Below, piece after piece: positions 42,811 through 57,335 of a stretch of 64,000 bases of DNA. This DNA comes from Octopus sinensis (lineage: Eukaryota). The position numbers and the translations under genes were made by a program. Location of the stretch: positions 53,940,001 to 54,004,000 of the forward strand of contig NC_042999.1 of the NCBI RefSeq assembly GCF_006345805.1. The letters are read 5' to 3'. The notes under the pieces were generated by a model. That model was not told the DNA's origin. It worked only from the letters and a program-made list of their open reading frames with translations, and ran no database searches. Each line of letters opens with the position of its first letter. Position 1 is the first letter of the stretch.

Positions 42811-44230
42811 ACTTAGAATAACTTAGAAAGGTTTTGGCCAGTATTGGCCCAGGCCATGTCTAACTTAATAGCACCACCTGGCGAAGTCTTTCAGTTCAGG
42901 ATTTGGGCACCAAGGCCCATTCGAGCAGAGAGTTATTGTTTGCGGAGACATATCCGGGTGTGGGTGGTTTGTCCGGTACTGTTTGAAGGAATTTGTCCAA
43001 AGACTTCTTGAATTTTGTGTGGTCAGTTTCTTTTTTGACGTGTCCTGGTGTAATGTTGAAGAGAGCGGGTCCAATTGAGGTGAAATAGTTGTGCCGTATT
43101 GTCGTTATGTGATGCGATTTAGATTTTTGTTGTGGACGGATGGCACGTGGTTCAAGCCTTGGATGCATTTTGAAGGTGATGCCAACATCATTCGGACAGT
43201 GCTGATGGAATATTTTCCACATCATACATATAATGTAGCGTTCACGGCGTCGTTGGAGTGAATACAATTTCAGCTTCTCTAGTCTACCCCAGTAGTCAAG
43301 GTCTGACATGCCATCTATCTTTTTTGTGATTGACCTTTGGGGAGCTTCAATTCTCATAATATTTTGTTTTGTGTAGGGAGACCACAGTGGACAGCAGTAT
43401 TCAAGGTGGGGTCGGGTAAAAGTGGAGAAGAGAAGGATAATAGCGTGGGAATCTCTCGACTGGAAGGTTCTGAGAATCCAGGAACACATTCTGCGGGCCA
43501 TGTCAACTTTGCTGCTTATATGTGTAGCCCAGAGCTTATGTTGTTGTCCACTGTTACTCCCAGGTCTCTGATGTTGGGGATGCCATGAGAATTTCTCCAG
43601 AAGGAAGAGAGTATGGGAGTTTCAGAGCGTCCTCCCTTCCAAAGTGGATCAGTTCGAATTTGTCTTCATTTAGCAACATGTTATTCTTTTCCGCCCATTG
43701 GACAACAGCCAGTAGGTCTGACTGAAGGTTTATTCGGTCATCCACGCCATTGATGACCTTCTGGAGCTTGGAATCATCAGCGAAGGTTCTGATGTTACTG
43801 TGTTTGATGGTGTCAGTAATATCATTATGTAGATGATGAAGAGAAGTGGGCCCAACACAGTGCCTTGTGGGACACCACTGCTGACTTTGGCTGGGCTGGA
43901 TTTGACTCCTTCGACTACAACATGTTGGGTTCTGTTAGACAGGAAGCACTTGATCCATTGCAGCAGCTTTCCAGTGACACCAATATTGGACAGCTTTCTC
44001 AGAAGGATCTTATGATCAACCCTGTCAAAGGCCTTGCTGAAATCAAGGTAGATGACATCAGTGTTGGAATCCTCTCCCAAGGCTCTCAAAATGTCATCAA
44101 AATGATGCAGTAGGCGTTCAGGCAATCTCTCCCATTACGGAATCCATGCTGGTTGGGGTTCAGCATATTATGACTCTCAAGGAAGTGAGTCATACGCGAT
44201 CTCAGCACCCTCTCAAATACCTCTCAAATA
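42809..44230 (-). mobile_element. Young 5'-truncated CR1-group LINE (RT domain to 3' end) embedded in (TA)n
   Basis: QHGF, YLDFSKAFDRVDH, GVPQGTVLGPLLF, FADD, IRDLGV, RPHLEYC..WSP, LYSLQRRRER. No in-frame stops and three -1 frameshifts. Tail (TTCTAAGTTA)2. Confidence 0.95.
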
Positions 44231-44358
44231 TATATTTATATATATATATATATACATATATTATGTATGTATATATATATATATATACAATATGTATATA
44301 TATATACATTGTATATAATATACACATACATAAATATATATATGTATATATATTATAG

Positions 44359-44392
<34 letters not shown>

Positions 44393-44552
44393 ATATATAT
44401 TACATATATATATATTGTATAATATTACATATTGTATATATATATATATTATATATATATGTATACATATTGTATATATATACATATTGTATTATATATA
44501 AATTATATATATATGTATACATATTGTATAATATACATACATAAATACTATG

Positions 44553-44588
<36 letters not shown>

Positions 44589-45305
44589 AGATATATATAT
44601 ATATAATATATATATATATATATAATATATGTATATATACATGAAACGCATGCATATCTAAACGGTATGAAGCTAATCTGGTGTTATTCTAATCCAATAA
44701 GGAGATCAGAAGCAAAAGCTGCAATGTAAAATACATGATTGGTTTCTTTAAACATTCCAATACCCACGCGCGCACTTGTTCACACGCATACACACACACG
44801 AAAACATACGCACACACACACACATACACACAGATATATAAAACTGTATACCTACAATCACAAATCCTTAAATAGTTTTATGAACACTATATGTGTCTGT
44901 GCGCGTGTGCGTAGGTGTGTGTGTGTGTGTGCGTGTGTGTGTGCATGTGCATGTGTGTGACTGATATAAACATACACGCACACTCACACAGAAGCACACA
45001 CACATGACCATACACACACAGCCTTCACCCCCCACCCACCTACGCATTTCGATGATAAAGTTATTACATCGAAGATTGATCTTGAAAGAATCGTATTGAT
45101 GGCAGAAGGTCGAAAATGGTGGTCGTGGTGGATCGGAGAAGAGAGGTGTGATAAAGTGATATGGCTTCAAACACCCTATTACATACACATCTACACAAGT
45201 ACAACCACTTTAATCTTCAAGAAGACAACTTACAAGGTAAACATAGACATTCACTAACAGCCAAACACACAGATATACAAACTTCTCATACAAATATTAC
45301 ATATA

Positions 45306-45434
45306 CAGGGTGTCCCAAAAAAATGTATACACACCTTAAATAATTGTAAATTTGTTATTCTTTGTAAGCCTAGTACTTATTCTATCGTTCTCTTTTGCTG
45401 AACCACTATGTGTATACATTTTTTTGGACACCTG
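45306..45434. mobile_element. 129 bp Tc1-like miniature element containing a captured SINE A piece
   Basis: TA|CAGGGTGTCCCAAAAAAATGTATACAC ... GTGTATACATTTTTTTGGACACCTG|TA. The interior 45356-45406 matches SINE A. Confidence 0.75.
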
Positions 45435-45438
45435 TATA

Positions 45439-45492
<54 letters not shown>

Positions 45493-45524
45493 CTATATAT
45501 ATATATATAATATATTCTCTTCTC

Positions 45525-46175
45525 TTCTCTTTCACTTGTTTCAGTCATTTGACTGCGGTCATGCTGGAGCACCGCCTTTATCGAGCAACTCGACCCCGGG
45601 ACTTATTCTTTGTAAGCCCAGTATTTATTCTATCGGTCTCTTTTTGCCGAACCGCTAAGTGACGGGAACATTAACACACCAGCATCGGTTGTCAAGCAAT
45701 GCTAGGGGGACAAACACAGACACACAAACATACAGACACATACATATATATATATATACATATATCCGACAGGCTTCTTTCAGTTTCCGTCTACCAAATC
45801 CACTCACAAGGGTTTGGTCGGCCCGAGGCTATAGCAGAAAACACTTGCCCAAGGTGCAACGCAGTGGGACTGAAACCGGAACCATGTGGTTGGTAAGCAA
45901 GCTACTTACCACACAGCCACTCCTGCGCCTATATATATATATATTATACTTTACTTATTTCGATTCATTGGATAGCGACCATGCTGGGGCATCGTTTTCA
46001 AGAATTCTATGTCAAATGAATCGACTCCATTAATTTTTCTTTAGCTTGGTTCTTATTCTACCGAAATCTTTAGCCGAACCGCAAGGTCAGGGGGAAATAA
46101 ACACACCAACACCGGTTGTCAAACGATAGTTGGGGGACAAACAAAGGTATAACGAAATACATACATACAAAGACG
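45525..46175 (-). mobile_element. SINE family A (45525-45930) plus an adjacent partial copy (45945-46175)
   Basis: Family motifs in reverse. Confidence 0.85.
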
Positions 46176-46193
46176 CGCGCACACACACACACG

Positions 46194-46228
<35 letters not shown>

Positions 46229-46229
46229 C

Positions 46230-46510
46230 ACTGCATGAAGTGGAAAATATTCCATCAGCATTGTCCAAATGATGTTGGCATCGCCTTTAAGATACACCCA
46301 AAGCTTGGACCCCGTGCTATCCGCCCACCACATAAATCATAATCACATCACATAACAACAATACGGTACAATTATTTCACCTCAATTGGCCCCGAGCTCT
46401 TTAACATTACACCAAAAACACATTAAAACAGAAACAGACACCATAAAATTCAAGAAGTCTTCGGACAAATTCCTTCAAAAATTCCTGGATAAACAATATA
46501 TATTCCCGGA
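46230..46510 (+). mobile_element. Older fragment of the same CR1-group LINE family
   Basis: CMKWKIFHQHCPNDVGIAFKIHPKLGPRAIRP matches the 42896..43501 ORF. Confidence 0.9.
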
Positions 46511-46589
46511 TTACGATACATACATACATACATACATACATACAAATCCCTAAAATACGAAGAAGAAACAAAAAAAAAAGCAACAAAGT

Positions 46590-46745
46590 GAGGACGTGGT
46601 ACATGCAAAGTATTAGCAGACGCTCAGGGAAGGAGAGAAAGGCAGCTTTACGTTTCGAGCAAAGCTCTTCGTCAGAGTGCAAGATAAAAGGAAGACGGAG
46701 GAACAAAATCGCCAACGATCCACATGTTGTTACATTTTGAAATAT
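46590..46745 (-). mobile_element. Short Penelope-like element with a hammerhead motif (CTGACGA core)
   Basis: The minus strand reads CTGACGA-A-GAGC-TTT-GCTC-GAAA-CG-TA at 46646-46675. Confidence 0.65.
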
Positions 46746-47691
46746 ATACATGGGAACGTTGTTACTTGTCTCCAATTTGGATGAGAATATATAGAAAAAA
46801 AAAAGCACGTAATCCAATGAATAATAACAGACGATGGATAATTGGTCGGTGCCACAGGTTTATCCAACCCTACCTGGTACATATCATTTCAAGTCCCCGA
46901 TTTTATCCGAATCCTCATTTTACAAAAAACGTACACACACGCGCGCGCATACACACACGAATACGCGGTTGGAAATTTTTTACCCGAAATTCCAATATCA
47001 AAAGTAACCTCTAAATTCCGAAAGATTATTGAATGCTGACATGACACGCTACAAACGGGGAATTGGCCTAAATCCTGGGAACATTCTAACTAATACAACT
47101 GTTGTGTGCCGTATTGACACATGCGTTTCTAAGTAGTGAACATCACGTTTTGTTGTTGTTGCTGTTGTTGTTGTTGTTGCTGCTGCTGCTGCTGCTGTTG
47201 ATTATTCAAAAAACGTTCCTACGTGGGATCTGGATATCACCTCAACGCATGAGTGTGTAACATGACGAGTCTCGTTGCTTGTGCATTATTTTAAAAATGA
47301 AATACTAACATTTCCTCTCTCCAGTTTTCATTTTATTTACCAGGAATCAAGTTCAAAGCTTTACTTCTGCACCTACCTTTCACAAAACCTAATACCTGTA
47401 GAGTGAAATATAAAATACGAATGGCAAACCTGTTCTGTAACCTTTTAATGAAAACACGACGTCACAGGTGGAGAGTGATATCTTAGCTTTCTTAAGATAT
47501 TATGAATAAAATTCATTAAAATTCAAGACAATAAATTCTGAGTCTAGGAATAAGAGATATTATGAAGTATAAATAAGTATTGTATTTAGATTTGGGTCCC
47601 GTCCCCAACATGTCCCCTTTTGTTGAGGCAAATAATAAAATACTCCGAAATCTAACTGAGGCTCTACTCTATGTATGTCTATGTGTGTGTA

Positions 47692-47729
<38 letters not shown>

Positions 47730-48003
47730 AGAGAGAGAGAGAGTATGTGTGTGTGCATGTGTTTATTTCTGCCTATGTGTTCGTGTTTTACCCACATACA
47801 TATAAACGTATATACACATACATATCAGTTGAATAAGGTTAAAGCACGGTCTGGTTTTCACGCTTTTTATTATGATATCTTAATGTTAAAAAATATATTT
47901 TGTAATGCTCATAAAGTTAAATTAGCGCTTTCATGCATAGAGTAATTATCAGATAGCAAATGTGTATAACTGACAGTTGATTTCTTGACAACTTTACAAC
48001 ATT

Positions 48004-48052
<49 letters not shown>

Positions 48053-48053
<1 letters not shown>

Positions 48054-48266
48054 TCAAAATGTGACCGCGTGTGTACCGTTGGCGATTTTTTTCCCTCTGT
48101 TTCCCTTCTCTGGATCTTTCCTTCTCCTATGTTTCCGACGAAGAGCTCCGCTCGAAACGTTAAGCCCTCCTTCTTCCCTTCTTTCCTGGGGTCCAATAAT
48201 ACTATATTTGTTCCACCTCCTCGCGTTGTGGTGTTTTCTCTTTGTGTTTTCATGTTTGATTAACTA

Positions 48267-48267
<1 letters not shown>
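48053..48267 (+). mobile_element. ~215 bp Penelope-like element in (TA)n with a hammerhead-like fold (CCGACGA core)
   Basis: GTTT-CCGACGA-A-GAGC-TCC-GCTC-GAAA-CG-TT-AAGC at 48131-48165. A second copy lies at 57031-57246 (-). Confidence 0.7.
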
Positions 48268-48322
<55 letters not shown>

Positions 48323-48765
48323 TAAGGAAGACGGTAGGGAATATAATTTTTGTATGACTTAATGGTCTGGTTGCTGTTTAGTTATGTATTTAGGAGTTGG
48401 TTGTAATTTACTTATTGAATTTATTTACCAATACCGTTCTACATAGGGCAAATGTATTTGAAAGTTGTGGTTTCTTTAGTATGTTTGTTCCCAAACAACA
48501 CTTATTTTAGTGCTGTGACACCGCCGGATTGAATGGTCTTGCCCAGGTGTCGAAACCATAATGATATCCGTGGGACAGCTGATGATGGAGGTATGATGGA
48601 TTGTTGTATGGCTGTTTTTGTATATGTGGAATAGTATTATAGCACATCCTTTTGATACATACATACACACATATATATATATATATACATACATATATAA
48701 TATAAGTATATATATATATATATACGTGTGTGTATGTTGTGTGGGTTTGTGTGCGCGTGTGTGTG

Positions 48766-48826
<61 letters not shown>

Positions 48827-49369
48827 TAATTAAAGGACATACTGAGTATGTCTATATGCTAGAAATAACAGTCACAACTCTTATTTAAATCGCCAAAATA
48901 CACTGATAATAACAGAGTCAATGATATCTTCACAAATTATCTTTTCGCGAATTCGCGAATTATCTTTCTCGTCAAAAATTTGCTCCGAAAAATAAATGTA
49001 TATAGATATAATATAACACACATACAAAAGTATATAAATATTTTCACAAATATATAGTACATAAACATATAACGCATGCAATGTATGTATTATACGCAGT
49101 CTTTCTTTTATGCTTTTCAGCGCAAAAGCTGTAGCCATGCTGGAGCACCGCAAGTATTATCCCCTCTTCAATGGTAATACTTTTGTGATTGACTTTTAAT
49201 GAAGGAGCGAGTTTGATAATACTGCGATCTTTTGAGTCTCTTGTAGTGATGAAGTTTCCCGACATCTCAGTAACAGAAGGTCAAGTTATTTCTTGAAAAC
49301 ATCTACCCCCCCCCCCATACACACACAACACGTAGATCTCAGTTTTCTTGTTTGTTTTTTTTTTTGCAA

Positions 49370-49829
49370 ATTATTAAAGAGCTGTGAATCTCAAGATATT
49401 ACAGTAAATATTACTTTGGACAGGATGAGTGGGACCTTTGAAACATTGCAGTGAAGTCCAGTTCGGTGACTAGTATAACTTTCGATGCCAAAGTTTGGTA
49501 CCAGCCCCTCCAGGAATTTTCATATGCGTATCCCTGCATACCTCTGCAGGCTGAAGAGTTGTAGTTCTTTCAGTCACTCACAGTAACTCAGATACTCTTT
49601 ACTCTTTACTCTTTTACTTGTTTCAGTCATTTGACTGCGGCCATGCTGGAGCACCGTTTTTAGTCGAGCAATTCGACCCCGGGACTTATTCTTTGTAAGC
49701 CCAGTACTTATTCTATCGGTCTCTTTTACCGAACCGCTAAGTGACGGGGACGTAAACACACCAGCTTCGGTTGTCAAGCAATGCTAGGGGGACAAACACA
49801 GACACACAAACATATACATAAACATACAT

Positions 49830-49907
<78 letters not shown>

Positions 49908-50460
49908 TATATACATACATACGACGAGGCTTCTTTCAGTTTCCGTCTACCTAATCCACTCACAAGGCATTGGTCGGCCCGAGGCTATAGCAGAAGACAC
50001 TTGCCCAAGATGCCACGCAGTGGAACTGAACACGGAACCATGTGGTTGGTAAGCAAGCTACTTACCACACAGCCACTCCTGCGCCTTTTGATTAAATCTT
50101 TCAGGTGTAACACCGCTGAACAACCTCAAGTTCCACTATTAATTTGACTCAATGGCCTGACCGTGATTGAGAACAGTAGTCTAGCCGCCTGAAGGCAAAT
50201 GTTCTCCATAGGATCAGCATAGTTTCCTGCTCGATTATTCTGAAAGCTTTTGGAACCTATCCGGTCATTCGCCGGCATATTACCACCATGTTGAGGATAT
50301 GTCCGTGAAACGTGGAATCGTTCCTCCTATAAATCCCCCGGTTCCGAATTTTGTTTGCCTCTGAGACTCCCTTTTCGTCCAAAGTATTTTTGTTGCGGCG
50401 CGTGAAAGCATGCTGGGTGATAGTGGAGTACATGGAATATGTGGGAGTAAAGCGAATGTG
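49370..50460 (-). mobile_element. Decayed CR1-group LINE fragment split by a SINE A insertion (49588-50086)
   Basis: TMLILWRTFAFRRLDYCSQ on one side and LKELQLFSLQR..LEGLVPNFGI on the other are colinear with the 40.4-41.3 kb LINE. Confidence 0.8.
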
Positions 50461-50510
50461 TCTATCTGTATGTGTGTGTATATGTATGTAACAAGTAAAA
50501 GAATGAAAGA

Positions 50511-50562
<52 letters not shown>

Positions 50563-50566
<4 letters not shown>

Positions 50567-51029
50567 AGCAAGGAGGATATCCAGAGGTGATGCAGTACGA
50601 TCGTTTCAAGCGACACCATTTAATTGAATAATGCAATCATTACATCAATTTAAATTCAGAGCTATCCTCAGCTGCATAAATAAAGAAAATAGAATTTATT
50701 TAATCAGTCGGAAACATTTGTATAATTTCACCTAAATCCTCTTAGAGAGTAAGAAGACAGACAAGCTAGATCGCTAACAGGTCTTTCCCGAAGCCTTATT
50801 AGCTTCTAAGTTAAAGTGAATACAGTATGGACGTTGTCTTCTTACCCTCTTAGAGCATTTATGTAAAATTATACAAATGTGTCCGACTGATTAAATAAAT
50901 TCTATTTATTTATTTATGCAACTGAGGATAGCTCTGCATTTAAATTGATGTAATGATTGCATTGCTCAATTCAATGGAGCCGCTTGAAACGGTCGTACTG
51001 CATCACCTCTGGGTATCCGGTTGCTTATT
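50563..51029. mobile_element. MITE with ~195 bp imperfect inverted arms
   Basis: 50563-50760 is the reverse complement of 50836-51029. It sits next to (TA)n. Confidence 0.88.
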
Positions 51030-51132
51030 TTGATTTTATTCACCTTATTAGAAACTGTACGGATAATTCCGCACTAATTTTTGGTGCCTCAACTTAAGTA
51101 CCTAATTCATCTGAATCTAAGTTATATTGCTC

Positions 51133-51211
<79 letters not shown>

Positions 51212-51271
51212 CGTGTGTGTGTGTGTGTAATATGTAATATATATGCATATTCATATATGTATATTATAGAT

Positions 51272-51452
51272 GCCATGATAGATCGTTAGCTACTACACAC
51301 ATTTTTTTCTCTCCTTGTTCTTTTCTGTGAATCTTTCTGTAGAAGAGCGTAGGCTCGAAATGTAAAAGACTTCTATTCCTGAGCGCTATACTAATACATT
51401 TGTTTGTTTGTACACCACCTGCCTTCGTCTTTTGTTTATTTTCGTAAACTTT
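51272..51452 (+). mobile_element. Short Penelope-like element with a hammerhead-like fold (CTGTAGA core)
   Basis: TCTTT-CTGTAGA-A-GAGC-GTAG-GCTC-GAAA-TG-TA-AAAGA at 51332-51369. Confidence 0.65.
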
Positions 51453-51655
51453 CCCTTTATATATATATATATATTATATATATAACAATTTAGGAATGGC
51501 CTAAACAGGCCATTCGTCCACCAGAAAGAGCAGCCAGAACTCCAACCGCCAAGTAGTGTAATTCGGAAATAAGGTGAAAATTTAAAAACATTTACCCTAA
51601 TTCATCTTTTATACGATGCATCGTTTCGGTGTCTTTAATGATAGACCAGCTTAAT

Positions 51656-51740
<85 letters not shown>

Positions 51741-51824
51741 GCATGTTTATATATATACAAATATACATTCATACATATACATCTATATGAACATGAGCAA
51801 ATAGTAAAATAAACTGACTTAGTT

Positions 51825-52108
51825 ACAATGACGGGTGTTCCAGCTGATTCGATCAATGGAAGATTAACAGGCACGTGGCTGAGTACTCCACAGATGTGTA
51901 CCCTTAACATAGTTCTCAAAGAGATCCAACGTGAGACAGAGTGCGGGGGGAAAGGTGCCTGGTCCTTTGAAATACAAGTGCAACACAATTACTGCTGGGT
52001 GAGTACACTAGAACACTGTGAAATAAAGACTCAACGCGCCGCCGAGAATCGAACTCACGACATTACGATCATAAGCCGAATACCTTATCCACTAAGCTAC
52101 GTGCCTTC
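51825..52108 (-). mobile_element. tRNA-derived SINE (family C-like)
   Basis: The reverse strand has a tRNA-like head (GTAGCTTAGTGG, GTTCGATTC). Confidence 0.7.
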
Positions 52109-52469
52109 ACTATACACATATATACAAACAGACAGACAGACAGACAGACAGGTGCGCATGTACCTACACACAAACATACCAACACAGAACCATTCAAAGT
52201 ATACAAATATACATATACATAAACAAACGTACAACTATATTAATGCGTGCATATTTACATACTCGTACACACATATACATGCATATACACATGCGCACAT
52301 AGACACAAATTCAAGCACTTAAGCGAATGTTTTAGAGCAAAACTGATTCCAGTGACTGGAATTTCATCTTTCGAATTATCAATTCGTACAATCTGATAGC
52401 TGGTAAGAGAATACATAGACTATATTTAATGTAATCCCCATTCCATGCGTGCCAATATATGTGTACGTG

Positions 52470-54020
<1,551 letters not shown>

Positions 54021-55197
54021 ACAAAATACTCTGTTGTTAATGTTTAAATTCCAATGAAGGAGCCTTGGATTTAGGTTACGAACCGGTTCTTTCTCTATTG
54101 ACAAGAAATCTTGAAACAAACTGAATAATACTAATAATATACATTCATACATGTTCAAGAATGCATACGCACGCTAACATACACGCACGCCTACACATGT
54201 ATATCTGGGAATTGTGCCACACGAAAGAAGGAGGAGTGCTCTACAACACATGGTGGCGGTGGTGGTGAGGCTGAGGGGTTGGCTGTGGTGGTGGTGGTGG
54301 TGGTGGTGGTGGGGGTGTTTGTTATTTCAGGGAAAATTGTGCTCTGCCTCTATCAAATCGAGCGACACACAGCAAAGTTTCGCTCTGTTAGTGTACATAC
54401 ATATAACTGTGCTTGTTTAACAATGATGAACATCGATTTTCTCAGGTAAAATACATTACAATGAGTTTCCCAACAGTTATATGTTTATTTGATAACAGCA
54501 GGAAAATAAGAGAGGACAGTTAATGACCGATTGCTACAGTTAATGGCTGATTGCTATATTTTAGGGAAAATCTCGTGAGTTAAACTATTTCGAGAAAGCA
54601 AAACAAAATGGAAGCAAACTTGGAGAAAGATGAGTTAATAACGGAGAGGAAGGGGGGTAGTATAAGATGGGGGGAGGGGAAGATGGGGAGAGAGAGGAGA
54701 GGAGGGGTAGAAAGGGGAAGATTTGAGGAAGCGAAGGAAAGAGATAAAACAATTGAGAAAAGTTGAAAAATGTTGGAGGAATGAGGAAAAGGGGTTGGTA
54801 TATTTATGATAATAATAGTATTGAAACTAGGCATCAAGGGTTGGAGTGGGACCTAGGGTGGTGGGAAATGAATATAACACAAACTGTGAGAAAGCTGGCA
54901 TTTCTCAAAGGGGTCTTGTCAGCTTTTTAACTATTTAATATAGGCAATCAGTTATATTAAGCCGGTGAGTTGGCAGGGTCGTTAGCACACCGGACAAAAA
55001 GCTTAGCGGCATTTCGCCAGTCATAATGTTCTGAGTTCAAATTGGCACACCCCAAAAATACAACAAGCTTTCATGCAGTTTCTGCCCAACATAATCACCT
55101 TTAAGGCATTGGTCATTCCAAGGGCACAGCAGAAGGCTCTTATCCACAGTCACACAAACATGCCTACACACACTCACACATATATACATACATACAT

Positions 55198-55377
55198 AGG
55201 CGCAGGAGTGGCTGTTTGGTAAGTAGCTTGTTTACCAACTACATGATTCCGGGTTCAGTCCCACTGCGTGGCACCTTGGGCAAGTGTCTTCTACTATAGC
55301 CTCGGGTCAACCAAAGCCTTGTGAATGGATTTGGTAGCCGGAAACTGAAAGAAGCCCGTCGTATATATATAAATATC

Positions 55378-55430
<53 letters not shown>

Positions 55431-55642
55431 ATGTTTGTGTGTCTGTGTTTGTCCCCCTAGCATTGCTTGACAACCGATGCGGGTGTGTTTATGTCCCCGT
55501 CACTTAGCGGTTCGGCAAAAGAGACCGATAGAATAAGTACTGGGCTTTCAAAGAATAAGTTCCGGGATCGAGTTGCTCGATTAAAGGCGGTGCTCCGGCA
55601 TGGCCGCAGTCAAATGACTGAAGCAAGTAAAAAAGTAAAAGA
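55198..55642 (+). mobile_element. SINE family A, complete
   Basis: Head, CORE-like block, internal (TA)/(GT) and tail. Confidence 0.9.
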
Positions 55643-56044
55643 GTATACATTTATGTATGTATACGTGCACACCTATACATACATAAATGTATGTATGTAT
55701 ATATGTGTGTGTTTCTCTGCGTGTATTTACATATATAGACATTTATCCATTTATTTATATATACATACACTCTTAATATATGCGTGTGTATGTGTATGTG
55801 TGAGAGAGAGAGAGAGAGAGAGAAAAGAGAGGGCAGTGAGACAGAGAGAGAAGCTAAGTTCGTACCAGTATTTGTCTGTGCATGTATGTGCTGATTGCTG
55901 CTGTTATTCTAGTCGAAACCCCTCGTCTCAAATGTTCTCTGGTCTTCTAAGAATACCGACTTTCCTTAATTCAGACAAGTTCTTCGTTTATTGAGATTAT
56001 CTGCCCTTTTCGATCGTTGTTGTCTTTAATTGCCGCAAGGTGTT

Positions 56045-56500
56045 AGTTTGTTATTTCTTTACTGCCCACAAGGGGCTACACACAGAGGGAACAAACAAGG
56101 ACAGACAAGCGGATTAAGTCGATTATATCGACCCCGGTGCTTAACTGGTACTTATTTAATCGACCTCGAAAGGATGAAAGGCAAAGTCAACCTCGGCGGA
56201 TTTGAACTCAGAACGTAGCGGCACACGAAATACCACTAAGCATGTCGCTCGGCGTGCTAACGTTTCTTGTTTCTTTATTGCCCACAAGGGGCTAAACATA
56301 GAGGGGCACAAACAAGGACAGAAAAACGGATTAAGTCGAATACATCGACCCCAGTGCGTAACTGGTACTTAATTTATCGACCGAAAGGATGAAAGGCAAA
56401 GTCGACCTCGGCGGAATTTGAACTCAGAACGTAACGGCAGACAAAATACCGTTTAGCATTTCGCCCAGCCTGCTAACGTTTCTGCCTACTCGCCGCCTTT
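56045..56500 (-). mobile_element. SINE family B tandem dimer
   Basis: Two Deu/Nin-like blocks head to tail, with the junction at ~56267. Confidence 0.85.
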
Positions 56501-57030
56501 CGCAAGGTGTTAGTTTGTATTCCCAAAAAGCGAACAAATTAACAATCAATCACGAATTTATCATATAGCTGCTTACTCTTTAGACGAACATGACCCTCAC
56601 TGATAAGTGTTATATGTCATCAGTGCTCATGCGTGCGTCTTATGTTGGGTGCAGCTTCACAGTTCCACATCGACTCTCACTAGGAATACGAAGACACCCA
56701 GAGACAAGCAAAGTGTAATATATCTGGCTCAGTAGAGCGCTTGTTTTCAACACACAAGTTAGCCTTTTTCCGAGGGGAATGCCTTGACAAATATTAGAGG
56801 TCCTTCATTCCCAGTCGGTCTACTGCGCTTTCGGATACCGAATGGAGTAGTATTTCTATACCGCTGCGCATGCCTGCCTGGAATACATATATACATACAT
56901 ATAAACACGTTACTGGAGGGCCGTTGACGCTCTTGAGTTCCTCCGCCTGTGTATACATATGTGTGTGTATGTGTACGTGTGTGTACATACATATGCACAT
57001 ATATATGTATCTGTATATATATATATATAA

Positions 57031-57246
57031 AGTTAATCCAAACATGAAAACACAAAGAGAAAACACAACAACGCAAGGACATGAAACAAATATAGTATTA
57101 TTGGACGCTCAGGAAGGAAGGGAAGAAGGAGGGTTTAACGTTTCGGGCGGAACTCTTTGTTGGAAACATAGGAGAAGGAAAGATCCAGAGAAGGGAAGAC
57201 GGAGGGGAAAAAATCGCCAACGGTACACACGCGGTCACATTTTGAA
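57031..57246 (-). mobile_element. Second copy of the 48053-48267 element, with the hammerhead core decayed to CCAACAA
   Basis: Reverse-complement homology along its whole length, flanked by (TA)n. Confidence 0.8.
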
Positions 57247-57264
57247 TATACATACATGCGTGTG

Positions 57265-57335
<71 letters not shown>

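Noticed and set aside
48545-48595. GAAAC followed by CTGATGA (possible type II hammerhead)
   Set aside because: No helix III or NUH site can be formed.
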